A program made the translations under genes and the position numbers. A stretch of DNA of 64,000 nucleotides from Macrostomum lignano. Lineage: Eukaryota. Location of the stretch: assembly GCA_002269645.1 (NCBI GenBank), contig NIVC01000111.1, positions 62,001 to 126,000 of the forward strand, written 5' to 3'. Positions 12,311-31,596 of this stretch are shown here, piece after piece. Position 1 is the stretch's first letter; every line of letters begins with the position of its first letter. The notes under the pieces were generated by a model that was not told where the DNA came from, did no database searches, and saw only the letters and a list, made by a program, of their open reading frames with translations.

Positions 12311-13975
12311 CGACGCGTCGGCCGTTCAGGGACTAGCGGAATGGGCGCCCGCGCCTTCCCGCTGTGTCCCCTCCGGGACAGCCCTGCAGCTAAGTCAAAG
12401 TCAAGTGCCCACTATAGTGTTCCTTGAGTTGTACTCGGTTGCCTTGAAGCGGAGAACGGAGCATGGTGCTTTGTGTTCGATTTGGACCAGTGCAAATTGT
12501 ATTTAGACATCCATTGCGCAATCGCTAGCATCAAGGAGTTTTCTATTCAAGCATATAGTTTGAAGCTTGCATTTACCTGCTAATATATAATTAGCTACCG
12601 TAAATCATGTCAGCCAGGTGCGATGGCATAGACACCTGCATTCTGATGACTGCAGCGCTTGTTAAAAGATTTTCTCCCCTAACGTTTCTATTTCATTTTT
12701 GCTACTAACTAGAAATTGGGTGCTCAAAAGAGTGAATAGAGGTCATTTCCTTTCCCAATAATAAACAAGCGACCCCCCATCTCTTGTGCACTCACATTGC
12801 TCATCCAGAGTCTTGCGCAAAGGGAGCCGGAAGCCAAGGCCAGAATCATTTGCTGCTTCGTCACTTTGAAGCCGCACAGGTGCTTCTCAAACAAAGACAC
12901 AACCGGCCCGATTTCATTAACCAGCTTTGGGCAGTCGACTATTTGGCCGTTTGCTGCTGTGACACCCAGGCAGCGAGTCTGCACAAGCTTGTCCACAGCC
13001 AGCGACTTGGCCGAAGCCACCGTCAGGGAGTTGTCGTCGCCCTCCGGACACCGAATATAGCCCAGAGATGCACCTGCCGCCTCTTCCAGCTCTGGTGTGG
13101 CAAGCTGACCCATTTTGAAGAGAGCAGCGGCTCTGAGGTAGGCTTTGCCGACCTGAGCGCTGTCTGGAATCTGGCGCTCAACGTCCGACAAAAGTTGAGT
13201 CAATCTGCCAGACCGAGACCCGACCGGAGCTTCACTCTTGATGCTTAACCAAAGCTCAGTTGCCGTCTGCATTGTGGAAGCGTATTTTGTCAGGCTGAAA
13301 TCACTGCATTCCAGTAACTCTACTGCTAGAAGGTAGTAAGAGAGAAACGAAATTAGAATCACGTTGACCTCAAATTTAGGCAGAGACTCTCTGAACGGTT
13401 TCAGGTCGCTGAGCAGGTTGTCTGCTGACTGACGGACGGCTGCTACAATCCTCGATTTTGAGTCGTGCTCTCGCTTGAAGAACACTCTGGCGTCACGCAA
13501 GAAAAAATGTCTCATGCAGGCGTCCTCGGAGTCTGAGCTCTCCATCATTGCCACGAGAATTTCCAGCGACTGCTGCACCAGCGCCAGCAGGTTGTCCGAC
13601 TTCCAGTCCTTCGCCGGTGTCTCGTCGAGCATGTAGAACAGCAAGTTTTTGCCAACGTACGTCTTCAGACCGCTCACTCTGCTGCCGATCACCCTCTTGA
13701 TGAGGAACTTGACGAGGATGAAGAACTGACCCTGCACGGTGGTGAGATGCTGCATGACGGACCTTTCCAGCAGGGTTGTGCTCACTCGAAGTCGGCTGCC
13801 CTCTAGACCGGGCGGCGCACTGCTGACGGCGTGGCACCTTGGCGACTCGCCCAGCACCTCTTCTCTGAGCGCCCTCATGATGTCATCTTACTTACTTACT
13901 ACTGACGGGGGGCGCAGGCGCCGCGAATAGGCCGCGAGGCCCCTATCGCAACCCCAAGGTAAAAGAGCACAAGGA

Positions 13976-19062
<5,087 letters not shown>

Positions 19063-19846
19063 TTAGCCAGCAGCCAACTACTTAGCAGCCACCTGCCCCG
19101 CAAAAAAGCAGCAGGGGGGATCCGTCCCCCACCAGCAGACCAAGACGAGGAAGCTAGCCGCTTCCACGCCAGGCCAGAACGAAAAGGAGGGGGAAGAGCC
19201 TCCTCGAAAAACGAAAAGCTGGCGGATGTCACAGAGTCCCTCGGTTTAAGTTGCCGTTTGCCCCCCTCATGATGTCATCGGAAATGCAAGTCCTGTATCC
19301 GGGCCGCAGCAGCTCGATGTGAGGGTAGCCGCAGCAGGAATGCGCCAAAATCAGGTCTATTGCAGGCAACATCCGCGACACTTCCAATGCGATATTCGGC
19401 GCTAAAACTGCATTTTCAGGACACATGTAGATGGTACATTTTATTTCTGTCCAATTTCCAATGCATTAGTATGAGATTTTAACGAGAATTTCCTTACTGC
19501 GAACGCGCGCCTTGACGTGTCCGTCCTCGTACTCCGCAGGCTCAGTCATCTCGCAGTCGTTGTGTTGAAATTCGGCCTGCTGGCCGTCAGCGACTTGCGG
19601 GTGAATGTGGATTTGCTGGCTCGCGTCTGTCATGATGTACGTCAGGTCGATGTCGGAATCTGGTGCGACGTCTCCATTGATGCAGCAAAGGTTGGCGCCG
19701 AAGATGTGGAAGCTTTTAGCCAGCAATCGGATCAGCTCCTCAGCTGCCATTGCGAGGCCGCTCTGCACCGCTGCGTTTGTTGAGCGAAACCCGGCAGTCG
19801 CCATGGCTGAGGACAGCGATCGCTGTGAGCTGCGAGGTCGTGCGCC

Positions 19847-19857
19847 ATATTTAAATA
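19847..19857 (-). promoter_or_regulatory. Possible TATA box of the cGLR-like gene
   Basis: TATTTAAATAT ~45 nt upstream of ATG 19804; position only. Confidence 0.3.
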
Positions 19858-20151
19858 CCTCTCGTATAGGGACTTGCGAAGTTTTTCTTTGGAACAATTT
19901 TTGTTGCCTTTTGTTGTCAAACTTTTATACATTTATAGAGCTCTAGCTTTGCTCACAAATACAGAGTTGGATTGTACAGTATTTGGAATCCAGTGCTCAA
20001 TTTCGGGTTATTTACCTGTAACTGGCAACAGTCCTATTTTTCGAGTGCTTCGCTCAAAACGCGGGCTTAATATGCAAAGGTTCCTTGCTGAGAGTGCATT
20101 AGCATATTCAGGGCCCCTGTTCGCTCTGATCAGCATTGGCCAACTTCAAAA

Positions 20152-21170
<1,019 letters not shown>

Positions 21171-21684
21171 TCTTAGTATGTCTGTACACCTGCTAGGTAA
21201 ATGTTTTTGAATAAAATCTGTTTTTCTACTGAGTTCAAATCGAATCAACGTTAGTGAGCTAATTTTCGTATTCTGCTGCCAAGATGCGTTTAAATTGAAA
21301 CATGGTGCTTCATCTAAGTACTGATATATGCAAAGGCCACATAACGACTTTAGCGGCATGAAAGTTCTACCAGCATAATATTGCTAATTCCCATCAGTAG
21401 CAGCTGGCCCCAGTGCTCAGATAGCTCAGGCAGATGAGAATTGGGAATAGACCAGGAACGGGGAGAAAAAGTGGATTTGATGGATGAGACAGCAGGATGT
21501 GCAGGCGGTGGAAAGGAAACCAGGTAGAGGAAATAAGAAGGTGGGAATGTGCGCTGAATCAATGAGGTGTGGATTCACACATGGCTCCTGTGCTACTGGA
21601 ACTCCTTGAGAGGAAATATTGATGCAGAAATATTGGAGAGAAGCTATTTTAGGCAGAGAAGCGAAGAGATTGCGGGAGCAGGGA

Positions 21685-22460
21685 AGAGGAGGGTGAGATG
21701 GAGAGGAGGGTGAGACGGAGAGGAGGGAGGGTGAGACGGAGAGAGGGTGAGACGGAGAGGAGGGTGAGACGGAGAGGAGGGTGAGACGGAGAGGAGGGTG
21801 AGACGGAGAGGAGGGTGAGACGGAGAGGAGGGTGAGACGGAGAGGAGGGTGAGACGGAGAGGAGGGTGAGACGGAGAGGAGGGTGAGACGGAGAGGAGGG
21901 TGAGACGGAGAGGAGGGTGAGACGGAGAGGAGGGTGAGACGGAGAGGAGGGTGAGACGGAGAGGAGGGTGAGACGGAGAGGAGGGTGAGACGGAGAGGAG
22001 GGTGAGACGGAGAGGAGGGAGGGTGAGACGGAGAGGAGGGTGAGACGGAGAGGAGGATGAGACGGAGAGGAGGGTGAGACGGAGAGGAGGGTGAGACGGA
22101 GAGGAGGGAGGGTGAGACGGAGAGGAGGGAGGGTGAGACGGAGAGGAGGGAGGGTGAGACGGAGAGGAGGGAGGGTGAGACGGAGAGGAGGGTGAGACGG
22201 AGAGGAGGGTGAGACGGAGAGGAGGGTGAGACGGAGAGGAGGGTGAGACGGAGAGGAGGGAGGGTGAGACGGAGAGGAGGGAGGGTGAGACGGAGAGGAG
22301 GGAGGGTGAGACGGAGAGGAGGGTGAGACGGAGAGGAGGGTGAGACGGAGAGGAGGGTGAGACGGAGAGGAGGGTGAGACGGAGAGGAGGGTGAGACGGA
22401 GAGGAGGGTGAGACGGAGAGGAGAGTGATACGGAGAGGAGGGTGAGACGAAGAAAAGGGT
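21685..22460. repeat. 17-bp minisatellite (GTGAGACGGAGAGGAGG)n with +4 variants
   Basis: Direct reading. Confidence 0.95.
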
Positions 22461-23499
22461 GAGATGGAACGCAGGGTGGGACAGAGAAGGGGTGATAAAT
22501 GAGATGCATGCAAATAGATATCTCACTCACAACTCTTACCCAGCAAGTATGGACAGGCAGTCACTTTGCCGAGGCCCTCAAATAGAATTAGCTAATTAGT
22601 GATTCCCGAGAACCAACTATCTGAAGCCTCAAACAGCGAAGCAGATGTCACTGGAGCTTCTTTTAGTCCCTCACTCAACTCTCCTGGGCTGATCCAATCG
22701 GGACTAGCTGGAGCTGTCTGAGTTGTTCCAGAAAGTCCACTCTGCATCTCTCTGTCCATTCAGAAGCCCCTAGCAATGGCTGCGTCTTCCCAGCAACCGG
22801 CGACAATTGCATCTCTGTGAGCTGAAGTCCGGCATGCGGTGCCCTGTCCCAGAGATTATTAATTAGTGGGGGCCTATGCAGGATAATGGGGAACTCGTTG
22901 TCTCCTCTGCAGTGTGTCTGCCTCTTTGCGCGCGCTCATTAATTAATTAGACGCGGCTCCTCTCGTTCGAGAACGGCTCGAAAATTCGATATCGAAGCGA
23001 GTCCGCGGTCTGGCTGCTCTGAGCCGCTGAGTAGCCTCTGAGCCTCTTCATTCTCAACTGAGCTGGGCTTGATGCAGGTGAGGAATGAGTTGCCTAGAGG
23101 GGTGCAGCAAAGTGGAAACGGCAACTCTCTCTCTCTCAGCTACAGGGGCTTCTCTCTTCCCGATCTCCTCTGCTCAGCCTGCAGCTTCCCTCAGCTCCAT
23201 GCAGCCTCTCTTCTGCATCGCCCCCAGCCTCAGCTCCTCCCCTGAATGGCCCGCGGTGCTCCAGTCTTTTTCATCCTGTCTCTCCGTCTCAACTGAACTA
23301 ACGGAGAGCCTGCATGGGAGAAGCATAAAATCCCCCCCCCCAACTCAGACAGACAGACAGGCTAGCAGTCCATGCAGCGGAGCTTCTGCCCTCCCCTCTC
23401 TACACAATAAATTTAGGAAGGAAGCAACAGCTGCGGTTGAATACAAGAGTGACACGGGGAGTGAATAGATAGAGTGATCTATAAACGTAAGGCGTGAAC

Positions 23500-23815
23500 A
23501 GCTCAGCGTGACCAGTTCAATTCAGAGTGACCAGTTCAACGGATAGTGACCAGGTCAACTCAGAGTGATAGGATCAACTCAGAGTGACCAGATAAACTCG
23601 AAGTGACCGCAGTTCAACTCAGAGTGAGTGACGAGATCAATTCAGCGTGACCAGTTCAACTCAGAGTGACCAGTTCAACTCAGAGTGACGAGATCAATTC
23701 AGCGTGACCAGTTCAACCCAGAGTGACCAGTTCAACCCAGAGTGACCAGTTCAACCCAGAGTGACCAGTTCAACCCAGAGCTAGTGACCAGTTCAACTCA
23801 GAGTGATCAGATAAA
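23500..23815. repeat. ~19-bp degenerate minisatellite (AGAGTGACCAGTTCAACTC)n
   Basis: Direct reading. Confidence 0.85.
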
Positions 23816-23859
23816 CACAGGAGTGCCCAGACTGCCTTCTAGATCCCTCCGTCAGCAAA

Positions 23860-24555
23860 ATGAGCAAATCTCGCCCAAACCGCCGGCCCCGCATTCTGTG
23901 CTACGATCAGCGCTACTTCTGCCGCATGACACTGTGGCTGGAGCTGATGGTGGGCATCATCATGACCATCCTGGGCCTCTTCATCCTGCTGCTCAGCATG
24001 GAGTCGCTCAAAGCGGGCGACTACGCCGCCGTGTACTTCTGCTCCTCCTTCATCGTGCTGGGCGTGGCCCTGCTGCTGGTGTACTACATCCACTACTACG
24101 CGCTGAAGCTCTCCGTCAAGCGGCAAGTCCAGAAGCTGGACGCCAGCATCAAGTCGGATCAGGACGCGCTGGCGGCGCTGGCCAGGCGGGGCCTGCAGTT
24201 CTCCAAGTTCGCGGCGGTCAGGCAGACGCAGTCAACGAATTCTGCCGACGCCACCGCTGAGGCGGCCGATCCCGAGGACGCCATTGTGGCTGTACACGAG
24301 GCCGTTGCGGCGGAGTCTGGAACAGCAGGAGCTGCATGTGCATCTGCGATGTCGAACGCTGACGTCGCAACATCTCCTTCATCGGCAGTGCAGAGCTGGC
24401 ATCGTCGCCAAGATTCTGTCGATAGAGACACCATTGTCAGATTTCCGCAGGCGAGTAAAGCTGCCGCGGGGGCGGCGGAAGACAGCGACGGAATGTCGAA
24501 TGTCAGCCTGGCAGATCTCAGTGCCATCTGGGAGACGCGGCAGACCACTGTTTGA
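23860..24555 (+). CDS. Small two-pass membrane protein of unknown family, 231 aa
   Basis: ATG-started ORF with strong C/G-ending codon bias. Two hydrophobic helices (LWLELMVGIIMTILGLFILLLSM; YAAVYFCSSFIVLGVALLLVYYI). Confidence 0.7.
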   Translation: MSKSRPNRRPRILCYDQRYFCRMTLWLELMVGIIMTILGLFILLLSMESLKAGDYAAVYFCSSFIVLGVALLLVYYIHYYALKLSVKRQVQKLDASIKSDQDALAALARRGLQFSKFAAVRQTQSTNSADATAEAADPEDAIVAVHEAVAAESGTAGAACASAMSNADVATSPSSAVQSWHRRQDSVDRDTIVRFPQASKAAAGAAEDSDGMSNVSLADLSAIWETRQTTV

Positions 24556-26654
24556 GTGCACAGCTGGGGCTGCTACGTGATGGTTTTAAAAACGCTTTTG
24601 TTAGTGCACTTACATTGCACTTACCCCAGCAAAAAAGTCAATTAAGTCTAGAGAGTTTTCGTTAAGCAAAAATAATTTCAAATATCAAACGCCATTAAAT
24701 TATCGCCGTTTAGCAATCAAATAATTTTTAATTACACGTAACGATATAACTAAAGCATCATTGTTTGAATTACCGCCAATCTTTACTTCCGGAATTAAGA
24801 ATGTCGTGCGGATCATTTTATTGAGCTGACCTGCCCAGAATGATCAGTTGGCTTGTAAAGTTTTAGCTATAAACGAAAGACACTAAACATGTGTATTCAG
24901 GGAATTAAAAAATGTTAAAACTTATTGTCTACGAGCCTGTAGTCGTAATAAAATTTATATCGCAGGCGAAAGCCTAATTAATATAACTGACTCTTTGAGT
25001 TATAACTTGACGCAAGTTAATCTACGTTATATAAAGAAGCCTTATATGCCACGCGATGTGCATAGCTATGTAATTTGTCCTAGCTGATCCTCGTAATAAG
25101 AATTGTTAAAATTCAAGCCTAGAATTTCTGCCAGTTGGGAAACATTTATAGCTATTCAATATATTACAGATTTTATTGCTCACGAGTTATGGTAAAAAGA
25201 AAAGTAACAATTTCAATCTTTTTTATTTAAATTTCTTCGTTTCAAATAAATCATAAGTAGTAAATATAATTACGAGTACAGATATACTGTCATAAATATA
25301 TCAAATATCAAGCTAAAAAGATTTGTCGTAAGAGCTCAAAATGTTTCTATTTTAAATTTATACCATTTGTAAACAAATGCTTGACTATAAAAACTATTTT
25401 AATTTGAAACAGAGTTATTCCCACGTAACCTGTAATAAATAAAGTATCTAGCACATAATGCGACACGTGTTTAATATCTTAATTTTCTTGTATTCTACCG
25501 GATTTGTTTATAATAGCAAGTTGAAACGTGCTGTTAAAACAAATTGTTCTAATTTAAATTTGAAATCCTGTTAACTAATAGTCCCCAATATAATGTACTG
25601 TTTAATACGAAAACGTCTACCTACGTTCATTGTATGAGTCAAAGCAGGGTAGAAAAAACTTGCTCTCCTAATTCCCCGATAATCTCCAACCCTTATTTAG
25701 AGAGTAGCTAGTTTATGGCAATGGCAAATATGCAAAATATATTACTTTTATGTGAAAAATACTTGCTGAACTATTGTCTGTCTGCAGAAGATTCATGCAA
25801 TCAGAAATTTGTTAGAAATTTTATAATTATTGCTCCTCTCAGGTACAATACATCAAAACGTACAGTGAGTGTCGTATTACATAAATACATGTATGTTGCA
25901 TACCATGCCACATGTTTTGCGGGGACTATAGCAATTTCCGCTCAGTATAATAAACGCATGTATATAGATAACCAACCAGTTATAATTGTGTTAATTCTTG
26001 TAGAATATTCTCCCCAAATAGGTCTTTTATTTGCACCTGTCTGCAATCTGCATGGGTATAATCGGTTGGTACAGTCGGAGTAAAATACCTGCATTAACGA
26101 CCTAGATCTACATGCGCAGTTTTCCTGAAAAAAATTTAATCTAAAAAAGTTTAGCGATCAGAGTCAAGAAGAGCTGCATGCGCACAGCAGGTCAGCCAGC
26201 TTATCTCCGATAAACTCAAGCCGAAAACCATGGTCAACTCCAAAGGGCCGCCCCGCTCAATTTGCGACTTAAGTGGAGCAGACATAATCTGAGAAATCCA
26301 AGCTTAGCTTCTCTTGAATTGCTGCATCAGTGCACGGATGAGCACAGTTGGGAATGCCGGGCCTGCAGCATCTCCCCGCCGGGTCCCCCTGGGGCGGCGC
26401 GCGGTGAGGATCGAAATGTGACCGGGCTGATTGATGACTCGGGTTGCTTAGCAGAGGCTTTAGCGAGAAGCAGCTGTGCGAACCAGTTGGCTGCGATCTC
26501 TGCTGAGATTTGTTGCGAGGTATTGATCGAATTTTTAGATATTGTAGCTTTTGCGAGGTTTGCTACTTTTAGTAGGAGTATCGCATATTCAGTGGTAAAT
26601 TCACAGATAATGCATCCAATTTTCATAGAAATTAAAATGGGTTTCTGTGTCGAA

Positions 26655-27715
26655 TGAGCGCAGTGAGTATCAGACAGTGTCAAATGGGTACAGTTAGTAT
26701 CAGACAGTGTCAAATGGGTACAGTTAGTGTCAGACAGTGTCAGATGGGTACAGTTAGTGTCAGACAGTGTCAGATGGGTACAGTTAGTGTCAGACAGTGT
26801 CAAATGGGTGCAGCGAGTGTCAGACAGTGTCAAATGGGTACAGTTAGTGTCAGACAGTGTCAAATGGGTACAGTTAGTGTCAGACAGTGTCAAATGGGTA
26901 CAGTTAGTGTCAGACAGTGTCAGATGGGTACAGTTAGTGTCAGACAGTGTCAAATGGGTGCAGCGAGTGTCAGACAGTGTCAAATGGGTACAGCTAGTGT
27001 CAGACAGTGTCAAATGGGTACAGTTAGTGTCAGACAGTGTCAAATGGATGCAGCGAGTGTCAGACAGTGTCAGATGGGTGCAGCGAGTGTCAGACAGTGT
27101 CAAATGGGTACAGTTAGTGTCAGACAGTGTCAAATGGGTACAGTTAGTGTCAGACAGTGTCAAATGGATGCAGCGAGTGTCAGACAGTGTCAGATGGGTG
27201 CAGCGAGTGTCAGACAGTGTCAAATGGGTACAGTTAGTGTCAAACAGTGTCAAATGGGTACAGTTAGTGTCAGACAGTGTCAGATGGGTGCAGCGAGTGT
27301 CAGACAGTGTCAAATGGGTACAGTTAGTGTCAGACAGTGTCAAATGGTACAGTTAGTGTCAGACAGTGTCAGATGTGTGCAGCGAGTGTCAGACAGTGTC
27401 AAATGGGTGCAGCGAGTGTCAGACAGTGTCAGATGGGTGCAGCGAGTGTCAGACAGTGTCAAATGGGTACAGTTAGTGTCAGACAGTGTCAAATGGGTAC
27501 AGTTAGTGTCAGACAGTGTCAGATGGGTACAGTGAGTGTCAGACAGTGTCAAATGGGTACAGTTAGTGTCAGACAGTGTCAAATGGGTACAGTTAGTGTC
27601 AGACAGTGTCAAATGGGTACAGTTAGTGTCAGACAGTGTCAAATGGGTACAGTGAGTGTCAGACAGTGTCAAATGGGTACAGACAGTTAGTGTCAGACAG
27701 TGTCAAATGGGTACA
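26655..27715. repeat. 30-bp minisatellite (GTGTCAGACAGTGTCAAATGGGTACAGTTA)n
   Basis: Direct reading. Confidence 0.96.
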
Positions 27716-28075
27716 GATTCGGTCAGAGGATGCGAAATGGGCTCCGAGAGGGTCAGATAGATGAGGGTACAAAGTGGGTATCTAGAATTTCAGCAGGTGC
27801 AGTTTCACCAGGCAGGCATATGGCAAATTACAGTACTATAAAATAATAATAACACACACAATAATATTATCTAGGAAATGAACAACACTCCGAAAAGCGG
27901 AACCCGTGCACCGGAGTTGAAAACCAGGTCAGCCTTGTCCTCAGCCTGGCATCAGATCTGGGATAAATTATGAAAATTATGAGTCGCAATTATTTTCTAT
28001 CCAATAATTGATTCTCAAAAATTGCTCTCGGCCGGAAGCGAGCCTGTGGGTTCTTTTCTGCAATTTTTGCTATTT

Positions 28076-29388
28076 TAGAGATTTGACAGACTTGGGATAG
28101 AACTGGGGAGATTTTTCAGACTTGGGGTAGAACTGGGGAGATTTGACAGACTTGGGGTAGAACTGGGAAGATTTTACTGAATTGGGGTAGAACTGGGGAG
28201 ATTTGACAGACTTGGGGTAGAACTGGGGAGATTTGACAGACTTGGGGTAGAACTGGGGAGATTTGACAGGCTGGGGTAGAACTGGGAAGATTTTACTGAA
28301 TTGGGGTAGAACTGGGGAGATTTGACAGACTTGGGGTAGAACTGGGGGGATTTGACAGACTTGGGGTAGAACTGGGGAGATTTTACAGACTTGGGATAGA
28401 ACTGGGGAGATTTGACAGACTTGGGGTAGAACTGGGGAGATTTGACAGACTTGGGGTAGAACTGGGGAGATTTGACAGGCTGGGGTAGAACTGGGAAGAT
28501 TTTACTGAATTGGGGTAGAACTGGGGAGATTTGACAGACTTGGGGTAGAACTGGGGGGATTTGACAGACTTGGGGTAGAACTGGGGAGATTTTACAGACT
28601 TGGGATAGAACTGGGGAGATTTGACAGACTTGGGGTAGAACTGGGGAGATTTGACAGACTTGGGGTAGAACTGGGGAGATTTGACAGGCTGGGGTAGAAC
28701 TGGGAAGATTTTACTGAATTGGGGTAGAACTGGGGAGATTTGACAGACTTGGGGTAGAACTGGGGAGATTTGACAGACTTGGGGTAGAACTGGGGAGATT
28801 TGACAGGCTGGGGTAGAACTGGGAAGATTTTACTGAATTGGGGTAGAACTGGGGAGATTTGACAGACTTGGGGTAGAACTGGGAAGATTTTACTGAATTG
28901 GGGTAGAACTGGGAGGATTTGACAGACTTGGGGTAGAACTGGGGGGATTTGACAGACTTGGGGTAGAACTGGGGAGATTTTACAGACTTGGGATAGAACT
29001 GGGGAGATTTGACAGACTTGGGGTAGAACTGGGAAGATTTTACTGAATTGGGGTAGAACTGGGGAGATTTGACAGACTTGGGGTAGAACTGGGGGGATTT
29101 GACAGACTTGGGGTAGAACTGGGGAGATTTGACACACTTTGGGTAGAACTGGAGATTTTTCAGACCTGGGGTAGAACTGGGAAGATTTGACAGACTTGGG
29201 GTAGAACTGGGGAGATTTGACAGACTTGGGGTAGAACTGGGGAGATTTGACAGACTTGGGGTAGAACTGGGGAGATTTGACAGACTTGGGGTAGAACTGG
29301 GGAGATTTGACAGACTTGGGGTAGAACTGGGGAGATTTTACTGAATTGGGGTAGAATTGGGGAGATTTGACAGACTTGGGGTAGAACT
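28076..29388. repeat. 30-bp minisatellite (GACAGACTTGGGGTAGAACTGGGGAGATTT)n
   Basis: Direct reading. Confidence 0.96.
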
Positions 29389-29910
29389 TTAAAGCAAACA
29401 CAGATGCCATACTAAATACTAATAATTATTTGAGAACAGTGCAAGCGGGCCTGCTCAAAGGAAATCCTATAATTGGTTTATTCTGCATCGGAGAAAAAAT
29501 GAAATTGTTTTTTATATAGATAAATGCCTGGCAAACGGCTCCGCGCTGCAGCTATAAAATCATTACGGTCGTGCGCATATAAGGCTATTAACTTCTTAGC
29601 CTATAGTTTCATATTGATATGCACACATGCATACAGCATCAGCACAGCCAGCCCCAGTCACGAGCTGCTCAGTCATGCGATGCCGACGACTCCCTGTAAG
29701 ATTGCAGAGGCGGAGCTGCCATGCTGCCTATAGGTGGGGCAAAGTGATGGGGAAAGCAGGGCGGAGGGAGGCTGTAGGGAAGGAAGCACCTCGGACTGGG
29801 AAGGGAAGGCCAGTGGGGAAGGGCGGCTCAGTATTGATAAATCAGATGGGGCAGTTCAGCAGCCCGGGGGTTCCGCAGTCCTGGGATTCTCACAGCAGCA
29901 GCGCCCTGGC

Positions 29911-30828
29911 ATGAACGACCCCGAGTTCACCGAGGCCGTCTGGCACAGCGACATCTCCCAAGTCCGTCGCTACCTTCAGCTGCTCCGGCAGCCGGCCGAG
30001 GACAGCAACGCCGATCACAACGACGGGCTTCTCGGCCGCGACTCGGCCGGCGACTCGCCGCTGCACCTGTGCGTCAGGGCCAACGCCCAGCCTGAGCTGT
30101 TCGGCCTGCTGCTCAGAGCCGGCGGCTGCTGCCCCGCGACCCGGAACCAGGATGGCCACCTGGCCGAGGACCTGTTCCCGGACTCGAAGTTCGGGCCTCT
30201 CTATCACGAGGAGCTGGACAATTTTACCGCGGACCTGATTTCGGCCGGGAAGCTGGACCGCATCGAAGGCTGGATTCGCAAAGGCTGGACGGTGCCGGAC
30301 CGGCGAGAGGAGGCCTACCGGGCCGCGGTCGCCGAGGGGGCTGTCACCGAGGCTGCGCTGACCACCGCCTTCGAGCGGCTGCAACGCCTACAGGACTCGG
30401 TGGACCGGCTGCACGAGCTGCCCTGGCCCGAGTGCGGCGCGGATTCGAACCCGGGCCTGCTGGCCAGCCTGGACCAGTGCGGCCTCACTCTGCTGCACCG
30501 GGCGGCGCTCGAAGGCGACGCTGGCCGCGCTCGCCACCTGCTGGCCCTGCGGCCGCAGCTGCTGAGGGCGCCGGACTTTCTGGGCCGACCGGCCGCGTTC
30601 TACTGCGACTCGGCTGACAACGAGATGGCCGGCCTGCTGTTGCCAGGGGCAACCGAGGAGGGCGGTGGCGACGTTGACAACCCTCTGGGCTGCGCTGGCG
30701 CCACGCCCGACCAGCTGAGGTCGCGGCTGGCGGCGGGCTGCGCCAGGAGGCAGCGGCGCCTGACATCGTCTGCTGCCACCGGCTGCGATCTGGCCGCTGT
30801 CCGGGCTCTGGCCGAGCAGGCACTGTGA
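29911..30828 (+). CDS. Ankyrin-repeat protein (possibly one exon of a larger gene)
   Basis: GDSPLHLCVR..LFGLLLRAG..RNQDGHLAEDL and DQCGLTLLHRAA..PDFLGRPAAFY are ankyrin-like. GC-rich coding bias. An acceptor-like TTCTCACAG lies upstream, so gene ends are uncertain. Confidence 0.7.
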   Translation: MNDPEFTEAVWHSDISQVRRYLQLLRQPAEDSNADHNDGLLGRDSAGDSPLHLCVRANAQPELFGLLLRAGGCCPATRNQDGHLAEDLFPDSKFGPLYHEELDNFTADLISAGKLDRIEGWIRKGWTVPDRREEAYRAAVAEGAVTEAALTTAFERLQRLQDSVDRLHELPWPECGADSNPGLLASLDQCGLTLLHRAALEGDAGRARHLLALRPQLLRAPDFLGRPAAFYCDSADNEMAGLLLPGATEEGGGDVDNPLGCAGATPDQLRSRLAAGCARRQRRLTSSAATGCDLAAVRALAEQAL

Positions 30829-30829
30829 A

Positions 30830-31310
30830 TGGGGAATGTGAATAGGGAAGAGTGAGCGGGTGTCTGTGAGTAGGAGGGATTCGTGAACTAATAAATAAGG
30901 GATTGTAAATGGGGATTCGTGAACTAATAAATAAGGGATTGTGAATGGGGATTCGTGAACTAATAAATAAGGGATTGTGAATGGGGATTCGTGAATCAAT
31001 AAATAAGGGATTGTAAATAGGGATTCGTGAATTAATAAATAAGGGATTGTGAATAGGGATTCGTGAATCAATAAATAAGGGATTGTGAATAGGGATTCGT
31101 GAATCAATAAATAAGGGATTGTGAATGGGGATTCGTGAATCAATAAATAAGGGATTGTGAATGGGGTTTCGTGAATCAATAAATAAGGGATTGTGAATGG
31201 GGACTGGTGATTCAATAAATAAGGGATTGTGAATGGAGATTCGTGAATCAATAAATAAGTGATTGTAAATGGGGACTGGTGATTCAATAAATAAGGGATC
31301 GTGAATGGGG
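30830..31310. repeat. 36-bp minisatellite (GTGAATCAATAAATAAGGGATTGTGAATAGGGATTC)n
   Basis: Direct reading. Confidence 0.92.
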
Positions 31311-31596
31311 AGATCCGCGAAGATGGCTATAACAACACTTACCAATGTCAAGTTAGTCGTTGTGCAGAAATGGCCGCACAACTGCAGCAGCAGCAGACCC
31401 CATCGGCGCCCTCTGACTGTCATACATGTACTTTCAATTTGTCGATTTTTATCAATAAAACCCGCTTCGAGTTCACATTTCACAGCTAAACCTCGTTGCA
31501 GACACAATGCACTCGAGTCAGTTGTCATTGTCAATTAAGCACCAACTCTTTGCGCTTTTGTAGCTGTGCTGCTCACAGCTACAAACTTTTCTAGCA

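Larger units (their letters stand above)
6509..12405 (+). mobile_element. Full-length non-LTR retrotransposon (LINE), R1/Loa/I-group-like with RNase H; 14-bp TSD
   Basis: TGCCCACTATAGTG at 6495-6508 and 12406-12419. Contains ORF1 + ORF2, a 3' hairpin TGTCCC-ctcc-GGGACA and a short AAGTC-type tail. Confidence 0.93.

Noticed and set aside
13290-13380. Possible small intron within the cGLR 3' part (GTCAAC...CTAAT...CTTCTAG)
   Set aside because: It looks intron-like, but the frame is open through it and the best 43-nt version would create a stop; unresolved without cDNA.
26655-29388. CRISPR-like appearance of the 30-bp repeats
   Set aside because: Head-to-tail units with no unique spacers, no cas genes, and a eukaryotic context.
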